Source of the DNA: Mobula hypostoma
Lineage: Eukaryota
DNA length: 64,000 bases
Reading direction: 5' to 3'
NCBI RefSeq assembly: GCF_963921235.1
Contig: NC_086097.1
Location: forward strand, 86,244,001 to 86,308,000
Shown here: one piece after another, positions 1 to 12,437 of the stretch
Layout: every line of letters begins with the position of its first letter
Position numbering within the stretch: position 1 is the first letter of the stretch
Made by a program: the position numbers and the translations under genes
Notes under the pieces: model-generated
The model's input: the letters and a program-made list of their open reading frames with translations, nothing else
Database searches by the model: none
What the model was told of the DNA's origin: nothing

Positions 1-133
1 AATGCACACTCCAGACTACACTAAACTTTAAAGCGAAATGTTTTGATCGTAAATTTACCTAACTTGTAATGTTTTAGTTGGGGAAGCAGGAATAGACAGT
101 TGCCAGACTGGCATGGTACAGAAGCACAACATG

Positions 134-400
134 GGGCGGCATGGGAGTGTAGTGGTTAGCACAACACCACAGTAATAGGCGACAGGGGTTCAATTCCTGA
201 CGCTGCCTGTAAGGAGTTTGTATGTTCTCCCTGTGGCCACATGGGTTTCCTCCTGGTTTCCTCCCAAAGACCAAAGAGGTACTGGTTGGTGGATTAATTG
301 GTCATTGGAAGATATCCCATGATTAGGCTAGGGTTAAATCATGGCTTGAAGGGCCCAAAAGGGCCTACTCCATGCTATATCTCAATCAATAAGTAAATAA
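134..400 (+). mobile_element. tRNA-derived V-SINE (HE1-like) with CR1-type 3' tail
   Basis: A-box-like TGTAGTGGTTAG, B-box GGTTCAATTCC, V-domain-like GGAGTTTGTATGTTCTCCC...GGGTTTCCTCC, CR1-like tail GGGCC...GGCCT and A-rich end. Confidence 0.75.
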
Positions 401-423
401 AGTTATACCCAGCACTGAAGGTT

Positions 424-930
424 GATTCAGATTCAGATTCATTTACTTATCACATGTACATCAAAGCATATAGAGAAATATATCGTTTGCATTAACATCC
501 AACACGACCTAATGACGTGCTTTGGGCAACCCACAAGTGTCATCACACATTCTGGTGCTGACAAAGCATGCTCACAATGTTCAGCAGAACAACAGGTGCA
601 ACAGTAACAATAGAACAACAACAACAAAACAACACAGCAAGCCAAACTCCTTTTCTCCCTCCCACCTTCCCACTCACACATGCAGACAGGCCTCCAGCTT
701 TAGGCTCCAGGCCTCCAGCCTCCAGTGGCCTCACAGACTCAAGGCTTCAGCCATTGGGCCTTGACATCTGGACTTCCAATCAACCTACACACTTTGATCT
801 TTGGTATCAAACCCAGGACTCACCCTGAACTCCAGGCCTCAAACTCCAGACTCATCAACTCGAATACTTGGGGAGTCATCAGCTCTCATGCCTCCTGCCT
901 GCATGGAAGCATGAGGGCCGATCTTGCATC
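424..930 (-). mobile_element. SINE / non-autonomous retroposon with (TCTGAA)n tail
   Basis: GATTCA repeats at the left end; 440-565 is homologous to 2420-2590 and to the tail of the SINE at 48800-49110. Confidence 0.55.
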
Positions 931-949
931 CTGAAACCTGCTGACAAAA

Positions 950-1230
950 TCAGGAGATACGAGTTCAATCCCACCTAATTAAAATTTAGTTAATTAAATA
1001 AACCAGAAACAAAAAGCTGGTCTGAGGAGGTAACTTAAAAACAGTGGTGACGACATAGTTATCAGGCCGTTTGGCTTGCCTTTGTAAAGTCAGGCCTTAA
1101 TATGGTTGCCAGATATTTGCCCCAGTAATTTGATAGACCTATCTGATCTCAGAAATAGTCCAGCTAGCCACTGAGTCTGAGGACAATTGGGAAGGAACAA
1201 AGAGCATATGCATTACTTATGAGGCTTACA
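950..1230 (+). mobile_element. Decayed elasmobranch SINE (related copy at about 33700-33930)
   Basis: B-box GAGTTCAATCC followed by an AT-rich linker and a LINE-like tail; heavily diverged. Confidence 0.35.
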
Positions 1231-1334
1231 ATCTGCAAAAAAGGTGAAAAACAAAAAAAGTTGCATTAATTTAGAGAATCTGCACTGAACTAATACCATA
1301 TTATAGGCTTGGAGCTGAAGTAATCTCTACTGAT

Positions 1335-1575
1335 TGTTTGTTTGTTTGTTTATTTATTTATTTATTGAGATACAGCACGAGTAGGCCGTTCCGGCCCTTT
1401 GAGCTGCGTCGCCCTACAACCCTGATTTATCTCTTGCCTAATTACAGGACAGTTTACAATGACCAATTAACCTACCAACCGGTATGTTGTTGGACTATGA
1501 GAGGAACCCGGAGTACCCAGAGGAAACCCACCGGGTCAAGGGGAGAACGTACGAACTCCTTACAGACAGCGGCAA
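1335..1575 (-). mobile_element. V-SINE fragment
   Basis: (TTTA/TTTG)n tail, CR1-type end, reverse-complement V-domain GGAGTACCCAGAGGAAACCCAC. Confidence 0.7.
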
Positions 1576-2419
1576 GATTAGGATGTTGCTTGGTGATCTT
1601 TTAGGCAAGAAGTATAAATGTAATCCATACTCTGTCCAAAGACTACAGCTGTTAAGGCAATCACAAAATGCCTTCCACCATAAGAGTGTGCCTGCATGAT
1701 GAAATTGGCAATACACGCTTTCTGTTAGCTCCCAGTTTTAATCACTTAGTGAAGGACATTAAACTGGAAAACTGCAATCCAAAATTCACATTTGGGCAGA
1801 GCCATACAGCTTGAATGAGTCTTTAATGGACAAACACTGAGAATCAAAGATAATAAGAACGGATATACCTAGTGGCCCTATATCTTAATGTTTGCTTCAG
1901 CTGGAAGATAGATATTCCTCTGCAGAACACATTCAGAGATAAATCTCCATTGTTACAAACTTATATTCAGTGAAGCTCTAATTCCTCCTGACTTCAGCAG
2001 GAACAGCTGCTGTCACAGTTACTTTCAGTCTTGTTATGTAATAATAAATGCCTATTAATCTTATTATGCAGTCTTGAGGTTTGACTGAGAGAAATTATTT
2101 TTCCCAACATCAAACACAAGGGACTGCAGAATCAAAAATGGCATTAATGCAGAGTGAAGTTGGTTTGGACATGCTTCTCATGCATTTTGACTAATCAATT
2201 TTTGGGTGAGATTTTTGTTTTTGTTAGACCTATTTCTCCATCATCGAGCTTACCCAAACAATGTCATCCATCAAACAATGCCCATAATTCAAAATCGATA
2301 AGATTCTCAACCACATTGGTCTGAAAATACTAGCACTCTGATTACTTGTGCAGAGCCAACTTTCTCTAATGCTGAAGGCTCAAGATAAAGGTTATTTAAA
2401 GGGCCAATGTCACTAAACT

Positions 2420-3050
2420 GCACAGAGCATTGTGAGCGTGTTGTGTTGGTGCAGGAATGTGTGGTGACATTTGAGGGCTGCCCTCAGCACATCCTTCAGT
2501 TGTGTTGGTTGTTAATGCAAAAGGCACATTTCACTCTATGTTTCAATGTACATGTGATAAGTAAAATAGATCTAAATCTGAGTCTGAATAAACACAGCTC
2601 AGCACAACAAGGATGCCACCTTTCCCTCCATAGACCCTTGTCTTTTCTCTTGCTGCCTCGGTAAAACAGCAAGCATAATCAAAGATCCCAGCCACTCTGG
2701 ACAGTCCCTCTTCTCCCATCTCCCAGTGGGCTGAAAATACAGAAGCCTGAAAGCACACACCACTGGGATCAAGGGCAGCATCTATCCCACTGTTAGAAAT
2801 TTATGGATCGGTTCCTTACTATGATAAAATGGAACTTTGACCTCAGAATCTACCTCATTAGGAACTTCCACCTCATGTTTACCTGCACTGTACTTTCTTT
2901 GTAACCCTAGCACTTTATTCTGCATTCTGTTATTGGTTTCCTTTGTTCTACCTCAATGCCTTGCTGTAATGTATTGATCTGTATGAGCAGTATGCAAGTT
3001 AAGTATTTCCACTGTACATTTGACAACAGTAAACTATTTTACTGATTTCC
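2420..3050 (+). mobile_element. SINE 3' fragment followed by a Rex1-LINE-derived 3' fragment
   Basis: 2420-2590 is shared with 440-565; 2610-3050 is homologous to 14640-15110 and to the Rex1-type 3' end at 37430-37800. Confidence 0.55.
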
Positions 3051-3499
3051 TTACGATGATAACCCAGCTGCTCCCCTCCACCTCACACCTTCCTGGCTTA
3101 TACTGCAGAATCCTCACACCAGAGACTCACATTTTCTTCCAGTCTCATAAACCCCAAAATTTATAATATCCACTTATCTAGGGCAAACACTCATCTTAAT
3201 GTATAACAAAGGCACATAAATATTTCTTCCAGAAAGAACAGTACATACATAGACCACATGAGCTCAACGCTGAGCTCCTCATTCACCCACACAAACTTCA
3301 CAGAAAGGCACACTTTCATTGACGTTCCTCAGAAGCACAATAATTATACATGCTATGCTTCATCAAGGCAATCATCAATCATATCTGCAACATCATAGAA
3401 TATCAAGTGCAACTCATCTGGATGGCGGCACTGCTCTCACTGTACTAGTCAAACTCATCCTCAATCCCAACTTCCTAGCCTTTAAGACACAAATACCCA

Positions 3500-4660
3500 A
3501 CAGAGGAAGTGATCCAGCTAAGCCTAAGAAGGAAATTTAAAACCAATATTATAGGAAAGGTTGATAATGTTGCAAAACTGCCAGTAAGCCTGAGAAATAG
3601 GGATTCAGCAAAGATGGACTCAAAAATTGATAAGGAAAGGAAAGTAGAATATAAACATAACTCAGCAAGAAACATAAAAGCAATAAGTAAAGGCTGTATG
3701 TAAAAAGGAAAAAAAGAAAATAGTAAAAGTTAATGAGGATCTCTTGTAGACATGTCAGATGACCTGTCCTCAGATCAACACTTAGATGCGTTCACAAAGA
3801 AGCCATGGTAGCTCCTTGACTTTCTTAGAAGATCAAGGAGACTTGACATGTCACCAAAAATGCTAACTGTACTGTTGAAGTTATCATGTTGGTTACATTG
3901 TGGTCTAGTATGGCAATCTGGATGCAGTGGAATGTAAGAAGCTGTGGAGAGCAATGGACTTAGCCCAATATATCACAGGCACCTCACTTCCCACAAATGG
4001 TAGTATCAACAGGAGATGATGTCTCAAGAAGGCAACATCAATCATCAAAGGTTTTTGCCATCAAGGCCATGCCATCTTCTCTACTTGATATACATCTCAA
4101 GGGCTGGAGATGGTGGACACACAATGCCAAAATTCCAAAGATTTTAGAAGCGTTTCAACAGATTGTACAGTAGCACATATAATCCTTTCAGGATGTACAG
4201 AAGCCTTAAGTCAAACTCCATCAGGTTTAAGAACACCATACTTTCCTTCACCACTTGTTCATAAACCAACCTACACAACTCTAATCACCACCACAGTACA
4301 GCACTATGTAACCACTTTGCATTACAATGGACTTTTCTTTTGTTCTAATTATGTTGAAGATTCAGTACAAGTGTAAATACAGCTTACTGGAAATTTGAAA
4401 GGGCTTGGTCAGACCTCAGTTGGAATAACATGAAGATGCCTGGTCCCACTCCTTAAAGAATTATATACCTGTGCTAGAGGAAGCACAACAAATGGTTCAT
4501 CTGGGGTGGGAGGTTTGTATTATGAGGGGATTTTGTCTCCTGAGTTTACAAGAATGAGAGGAGATCATATTGATAATATAAAATTCTTAAGGAGCTTGAC
4601 GGGATTAATGTTGGAATGCTAATTCCCTTGATTGGGCTGTCTAGAACTTGGATCACAGTA
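3500..4660 (+). mobile_element. Decayed CR1 fragments (3500-3760, 4380-4660) flanking a Rex1-type fragment (3760-4380)
   Basis: Similarity to better-preserved CR1 and Rex1 copies elsewhere in the window. Confidence 0.5.
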
Positions 4661-7600
4661 ATCTTTCCATAAATTTTATAAGGTGATGCCTCCTAAGATA
4701 TCAAGCACATAGTCCACAAAGGTGGCAAACATGGGAGATTTTATAGTGTTACTTAAAATCATTTCTATTATAATGAGCGTATCTGTAATCAGCTGACTAG
4801 ATGTTGATCATTTCCAAATATAAACAAAATTCCTGGGGCACCTTCTTTCATTTCAGATGAATTCTTTCTTGATTGAGAGATTGCTTCATTTGGACAACAC
4901 TGTTTAAACCAATATATTATATTGTGTAGTTCTAATCTTTTTTTCTCTCTGTTGAAACTGCAATTTAAACTATCCATCATCTTACAGATGCAGTTACTCT
5001 TCACAAAGTAATATTCCAAATGATCAAAAAACTTCATAGAAAATTTCTTAACAATTCCTCTCATCAAATGATCTATATAGCTGAAATTACTTAATATAAT
5101 TTGTATGTCAAATTAAGCCTGTTAATATATCAATGCCATATACGGTAATTACCATTGTATAGACATAATCACAATTGCTTTGTGGATGACACAATTACAG
5201 AAATTACTCTGAGCAGGATCCTAACACCACAAGTACATTTTTACTTTACAGGTGATATTATTGCTCATGCATCCGCTATTTTGAAATTGCACTAATATTG
5301 GTCCACGACTACTGAAACATTTGTTATTTATTCATGACAAGGCCAGCATCATATTAAAAATGTACAATTAAGTTTGACAAGCACAAGGAAAGCTTATAAT
5401 ATTTCCTAGATCTTCATCCTTCAAGCCAATTAATTCAATAATTTATTACTAGTTTTCACATTGTCTCTTTTTTTTTATAAATTATACACTAATCTATCCT
5501 TGTTAAAAGGAACTAACATAATGTTGAATACACCAACACCTACTAATAATGTGATCTACTGATAAGCAATTTTCAAAGTAACCATATTCAATATAAACTA
5601 ATTAATAAGCAATTTTCAACTGAATGGTGATCAACTGATTCAATCCTAAAAGCCACAATTTGGAATGAGCAGTGAAATAATCCACTATCTATTTTGTCAG
5701 GATAAAATATCTTAAGACATCAATCAAATTCTCAACATAAGACACTAAAACCGCCATCACTGCCAAGATGCCTCTAGTGGCATTCAGTAACTGCACCTCT
5801 ATCCCCATCCCTGCCAGTAATAAGAAGATAGAATCATTTCCCACCTCAGTGACTTGGTTGTTCATGTGTCACTGTGCTTTATTGCTGAACAAAAGCTGAC
5901 AATTAAGGAAGGAATCTCAATTGATTTCAGGAAAATAATTTTTGAAAGTGGATTAGTGTTTAATTGTATTTTAATTTAAATGGAATTCAGGCAATTTTGG
6001 TTTAAAGAATAAAGATTAAGCATAATTGCCTGATTTCAACAGTCATTTCTCCTCAGTGGCCAATTATTTTTTCCCTAGATGGTTAGCCTCTAACATTATT
6101 CAGTCCCATGTACACTTGTACTGAATGGCTGGCCTTTGGCTACTGTACAGTATCTTTAATGAAAAGCTGAAGCACTGATATTTGGTCTTTCTTTTCGACA
6201 AAATCTGCTATGGGGCAGCATAGCTACATTAAAACAATGTTTTGTAAACTTGGGGATAAGGAACTATGTTTAGTAAGTGTTCATAGGCACTAGTTTCCCT
6301 GGATCCAAACTAAAAAAAGGTGGCAATGTAAAAGCAGAAAATAAAGAGCTTGCTCTTTTCATGATCACAACATGGAACACTTCAGAAAGTATTGGAAACA
6401 CTCAGCAGATCAGGGAGCACAGTAGCCACCATCCATGCAGAGAGTTTCCAGCATTCTCTACTTTTATTTCATTGCAGATTTACAGTATCCATAGTTTTTC
6501 TTTCTATTTTCATGTAAAAATACACTTTATGACCAGTACTTCAAAATTAAGTAATGTATGAAAATGGAACAGGCAAAGTGTACAGAGCAAGTTTCTGGTA
6601 ATTGTTTGGCTGTGATCCAGGTTGAATGAGCGTTATAGCTCAGGACAGAGAGTGATACCCCTTCTCTCATATGATACAGTGTACCCCGTGGCAGGACAGA
6701 TGGGACTTTCATTGAACATGGCATTTAAAGAATATAGAAGAAATATATTTGCAGATTTACTCCCTGGTCTATGCAAAGAGAAGTGATCTTAACCTGAATG
6801 ACAAGAGGGTATGTGACCGCAGTGTCAGTATGTGAGCCAAGGCAGGGTTCTTTCCAAAGTTCCTTTTCCATGTGGAAATGCCATGGGTAAATGGCATTGT
6901 TATATTCAGCTGGCATCTCACATCGCATCTTCTCCACTACTCACACTGCCTAAGCCACAAACTCTCACCATCAGCCTTCACAAGTAAACAAGTGCTTGAG
7001 TGAGTGACACATGGCAGAGATTCCCTCATTGTACTCCACTGTCGTTGCCAGTACTCACAAGGATTGGAAACAGAAAACAATGTGAAGAGAGTTAGGTGGG
7101 TAGGGGATAAGGGGTGGAATCTAAAAGATATTTTGGAATACCACACTAAGTAATTTACAGTGGCCAGTTAACCTAACAAATGGGGCGGGATGGGGTGAGT
7201 TTGGCACATGGAAACCAGAATTCCTGGAAAAAGAAGCGGTTACAGGCAGATAGTGCAAACTCTGCATGCAGCTAGCACTGGAGATCAGCATTGAACACAG
7301 GTCACTGGAGTTGTGAGACTCTACTCACTGTGCCACTGGGCTACCCTTCGTGTGTTCGTCGACATGAAGCAAAGGGAGTCCCATGACAGGCAGCCATTGG
7401 TGAAGCTGAGGGTAAGATAAAACACATTGTGAACACATAGAATAGCACAGCAAATAATATGCTCTACAGCCCACAATGCTTTGCCGACCCACTCCATGAT
7501 CTAAGCCTTCCCTCCTCCACAGCCCATAACCCTCCATTTTTCTTATATCCATGTGCCAAAAATGTTACTAGCACGACCATGGCATGATCTGAAGATAAAT

Positions 7601-9638
7601 CACTGCACTGATGTCACTTAGCTCTGAATAGCTGTGATGTATAATTTTTGAAAAATGCTTTTCCTTCCCTCTTGTAGTGAGACAATGCAGACTTTGAAGG
7701 CAGTGGTTTATATTTTCCACAGTGACAGATTGGAGTTTCAAAAATAATGGACGGAACCAGTTGGAATTGCCCAGAGAAACAGAGATGATGGAGCCAATTA
7801 ATCATATAATTAGAGACTGCAGGAGCTTTGAGGCTGTTAAAAGGAAAACAAATTCAGCTGCAGAAAATGTCTTACCTAAACAAAAATCCTTTACCTTCTT
7901 TATGTTGTCACATTTCAAGTGGTAGAATTAATAACTTAAAATAAATTGGTCTCAGTAAAAAAAAGATCGTAAGACACAAGAAGTAGGTGTAAGAGTAGGC
8001 TACACAATCCCTCGAGCCCACTCCACCATCCAATAATATCACGGCTGATCTGATTTTGGCCTCAACCTCACTTTCCTGTATAATCCTCTTGATACTCCTG
8101 CAAGTACAAAAATCTACCTCAGTATTGAATATATTCAACAATTCAGACTTCACAACTCTCTAGGGTACCGCAGTGCAAAGGTTCACAATCCACTGGAAAG
8201 AAATTTGTCCTCTTTCTGCAGTGCACTTGAAAATGGAATGTCAGCTAATCTCATACTGCAGGTAAATTCTAACAATAATAATCTCCAAGGCATGCCAGGA
8301 GTTCCAAAACTCTGTGTGTACTTTATTGAAGACTTCATTTTGTGCCAACATTATGAGTGTGATGATAGCACTATGTTACACACTCAAATTATTCATTTAT
8401 TACCATACAATATATCATACTTCTTTCCCCATTTGAAATAAAGTACGAATTTTTTTTTTACATACGGAAAGCAATTCAGGCTCAGTCTTTAGGCTAGTGT
8501 TCTTAGATGCCTAAACGTCTCAAACTTAGAAACGTTAATTCTGTTTTTCTTTCCTGGATGTTGCCTGACCCACTGAATGTTTCCAGCACTTCCTGACTTT
8601 ATGTCACATTTCTTGAATCTTTTACTTTACTTAAACACTCTTCAATGTGTTTGTGTCTCTCATATTGTAGTTACTTTTTGATCTGAAAGGTATGTGACTT
8701 CCTGACTCATCTCAATGTTGATATGTACCTCCTCTTTAGCGGCAGGTTCTATATCCACTTCTGAGATAACTTTATCATCATATAGTTCTTCAACATGCTT
8801 TGGTAAGTTTATCTCTGCAATAGTCTGGTCAAACAAACACTTCTGATATTTCCTCCATTCAAACCAAATATTGTAATAGTTTGCAGACTTGCACTACCTC
8901 ACCTGTATAGCATTCTACGTTTGTGCACTGTGTTTGTTCATCTGACTTAACGTTCACACTTTCTCATGCAGCTTTTCATAGTGAGTTGTTGTAATGCAAA
9001 TCATGATTTATCCTTATTGTTTGGCTGCTGCCTCTGCAATCTTTCCTACAAAACAGACTGTACCAGGCTCAGGCACATTCCAACTCCCTGGAATCAGCTC
9101 TCAGTTATAGTGAAGAAAATAGTTGAATATGCTTTTGTATGACACAGGAACAAGAAATTAGCCAATCGATGACTCACATGACTCAATGTTAGCCCGAATG
9201 TTCATATATAAATACAGAATGTATCGCAATCTGTTGAGCTAGCAGGTTCAACAGCTTCTTCTTGTAATCCCCACAGTGTGACAGGACATCCAGCCTAGAG
9301 AGAGCAGACACTGCTGAAGCCCTGCCCACCAGTAGCTCAGTGAAAGTAGGGATGAAAAAGAGAACAGAGCAAGAACAATTTAATTCTAGAAGGACTGAAT
9401 GAATGGAATATTAAATTTTATGATTTTTGTTCATGAGGATGAGAACATTTGAGCTGTTTTGTGACTGGAACCAAGCAAGCAATTCTTTATTTTTTTTGTG
9501 TATGCTGCTTACCTGATGCTATAAGATGTTACTGAAAGTCTTCATTACACCTGTGCATGATGCAATTGTTCATATAACAATGAACATGACTTTGATTTAC
9601 TTCACAGCATTTGAGGATTCAAGCATACAAGATGTAAA

Positions 9639-10905
9639 TGTCATGATCCGGTCCGTGGAGTCCTCATTCTGGTTCACAGTCTGGTCCGTGGACTCAGGAC
9701 TCCGGGTCTTCCAGCTGTCCCTTGTTTGAGTTAATCATAGGCACCTGATTCCCATCTCGGGGCTTGGAATACAAATAGCCTTGGGGTTGAGTGTGGGCTG
9801 CTGGTTTGTTGTGTCAAGATCCCCTGGGAGCAACCTGCTGTTGGAAGGCTAGAGTAGCCAATTGCCATCTTTAGGCCGCATTGGGGAACCATCCCCTCAT
9901 GGAGCCTTGCTGTCAGTAGTTGGAGCTGTATTTGTGGTATGGATTTGACTGTTACCCAGGCCAGCTACTCTGAGCTAAGTAGGGATCCGGCTGTTTCCGT
10001 AGCCAGCTGAGGCTGTTGGCCGAACTGAGACTCGGAGCTACTCCAGAGCAGAGATGGAACTGTCTGTTATTCTTTGGTCTTGTCTTGTCCTGTCCTCGCC
10101 GCTGTGGGGTAAGCCAGGCTGTTCTGCCGTTGCCCTGCGGGGGGTCTTGTCTTGTCCTGTCCTTGCCTCCATGGGGTAAGTCAGGCTGTTTTGCTGTTGC
10201 CCTGTGTGGGGATCTGTCTTGTCTTATCTTTGCCTCTGTTGGGTAAGTCTGGCCGTTCTGCCATTACCCAATGGATGGTTCTGTCCCACCTTGGTGTGGA
10301 GAAGTTGAGTCCTAGCTTGGCTTAAGTATAAGTCCTGGCTCTATGTCTATGTACTGTCCTGTCTCATGTGGGTGTCGTGTTAAAGATGAGTCCTAGTTTT
10401 TTGAAGGATAAGTCCTGACTCTATGTTAATGTACAGTTCCCAGTCAGGCTCCCAGACCCCAGCCGGCAGCCAAGCTCAGGTTCCCAGACCCAGCCGGCAG
10501 CCAAGCTCAGGCTCCCAGACCCCAGCCGGCAGCCAAGCTCAGGTCCCAGATCCCAAGCCTCGAGGATCCCAAGCCAAACTCCAAGGACCCAAGCCTGAAG
10601 ACCCCAGCCTCCATGCCTCAAGCCTCTAGACCCCAGCCACATCCTATCCCGTAGCCATTTTATGTCCTTGCCTGGTTCTGGGGTCCGAGCCCGAGGCAGG
10701 GCCCAGGTTCTGGGTCCTTGTCCAGTCTCGGACTCGGAGTCGAAGCTTTGTCTCCTAGTCCATGGCTTCTAGTCCTGGTCCCGCTTTCCCTAGCTCAAGT
10801 CTGCATTCTTGTCCCTGCTCCTGGTCTGAATCCTGTCACATCCCTACTCTAGTCAAGTCCAGTTCCTTGTACTTCAGTGTCTGTGTCTCGCACCCCACTG
10901 TGACA
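9639..10905 (+). mobile_element. Long solo LTR with internal tandem repeats
   Basis: TGTCA...TGACA termini; flanks GTAAA/GTAGA (4/5 match, probable TSD); internal ~60-bp and ~31-bp arrays; strand tentative. Confidence 0.7.
10443..10560. repeat. ~31-bp tandem repeat (CAGGCTCCCAGACCCCAGCCGGCAGCCAAGCT), about 3.5 copies
   Basis: Directly visible. Confidence 0.9.
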
Positions 10906-12320
10906 GTAGACTACTGTTTTCTCTAAGCTGTGTGGATGTGTGGTTGCACAGTAACTGAAAAGCTCCCATGCACATAGCCTTTGTTACTGTGCAGGAAAAG
11001 TTTACAAAATGTGGAAGATTTTCTTTGTTGTGCTGTTTTTCATAATACCCTCCAATTAATAAACAAAATAAAAAGCATGTGATTATTAAATTTTCATTCT
11101 AAATATTCATAGTATGCATACGACAAAAAAACATTTAAAGTGCTGCAAAGTTTTCAGGCCTTGTAAAAAATTTCCTGCTCAGAGCATTTGTTGGTCTGCA
11201 CAGCTGTAAAAATAATTAGAGTGATGGTTGATGTAGGCACCACATTGATTGCACCAGATACGTAGCCAACCACATATTTTAGTTGTAAAGATAGAGTTCT
11301 CTTTCACATTGGCAACATCATCAATCCTGCATTTCTTCAATGGACTGCACTTCATTCCTTCAATAAATGAAGTGCCTATGCCATTTGGACACAAGATGGC
11401 TTGTCTCAGCCTTTATATTGGTTCTGGAGGTAATAGATGTCCTCTGAATCGATCGTACTTTTATGCTGGAGGATATATATATGGAGGGAGGATGCATTGT
11501 TCTTTTCATGGGAAGGAAAGTTAAGCAATGACATAATAGGCAGCATAAGGGGATAATTCTGGGATAAGACAAAGCTTTTGTGAAAGGGTGATCATGATTG
11601 ACTAATTTTTGAAGTTCTTGAAGAAATAACATGTGGATAAAGGGAAACTGATAGATCTGATATACTCTATGGATGGTTTTGATAACATGCTGCTTCAAAG
11701 TTCAGTGTAGAAAGTAAAAGTTCATGAAACAGCAGATAACATAAAAGGTTGAATATATGATTGGCTGGCCCACAGGAAACAAAAAGTAAGCAAAATTAAT
11801 TTTTTTGTTGGTTAGCAGATGTAACAAGTGGTCTGCCATAGGAATCAGTTCTGGGGACCTCAATTTTATCCTATTTAGATAAATGTTTTAGATGAAGGCA
11901 CCAAAGGCATGATTGCAAATTTTGCTGAAATCACAAGAGCAGTAAGTTGTGAAGATGATTTAAGAGGGCTACATAAAGACACTGATAGGTAAAATAAGTG
12001 GGTAAAGATCTGACAAATATTCTGCTATGTGGGGAAATACAGAATTGTCCAGTTTTGCAGGAAAATAGATAAACAGCAGAATTCTGAAATGCTAAGTCTC
12101 TTCCTCCAACTTCTTCTCTGACATGGCATAGAAGGTGACAGACCAACTGCCAGAAAATGGGATCAGTAGATGAACACTTAATGATTGGATGGATATGTTT
12201 GTCCATAAGATCTGTTTCTGGGCTGAATGATTACAAAATCTGTGGCCCAAAGGTTCTGGGAGTGGGGGAATAAATCTACTAAACAAATTTAATGTGATTA
12301 GGAAAGCTAATCGAATGTTA

Positions 12321-12437
12321 CTCACTCTTCCTTCAGTTAGTCCTGACGAAGGGTCTCAGCCTGAAACGTCGACTGCACCTCTTCCTACAGATGCTGCTTG
12401 GCCTGCTGCGTTCACCAGCAACTTTGATGTGTGTTGC
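12321..12437 (+). mobile_element. Penelope-like element pseudo-LTR fragment inserted into CR1
   Basis: 10-bp TSD TCGAATGTTA/TCAAATGTTA (12311-12320, 12438-12447); same family as 50446-50651. Confidence 0.75.
12339..12374 (+). ncRNA. Minimal type I hammerhead ribozyme (Penelope-associated)
   Basis: AGTC-CTGACGA-AGG(gtctcag)CCT-GAAA-CG-TC-GACT: stem I AGTC/GACT, stem II AGG/CCT, palindromic ACGT in place of stem III. Confidence 0.75.

Noticed and set aside
7865..7895. Minus-strand TTTTTGTTTAG|GTAAG, resembling a recursive splice site
   Set aside because: Short pyrimidine tract and unknown host transcript orientation; expected by chance in 64 kb.
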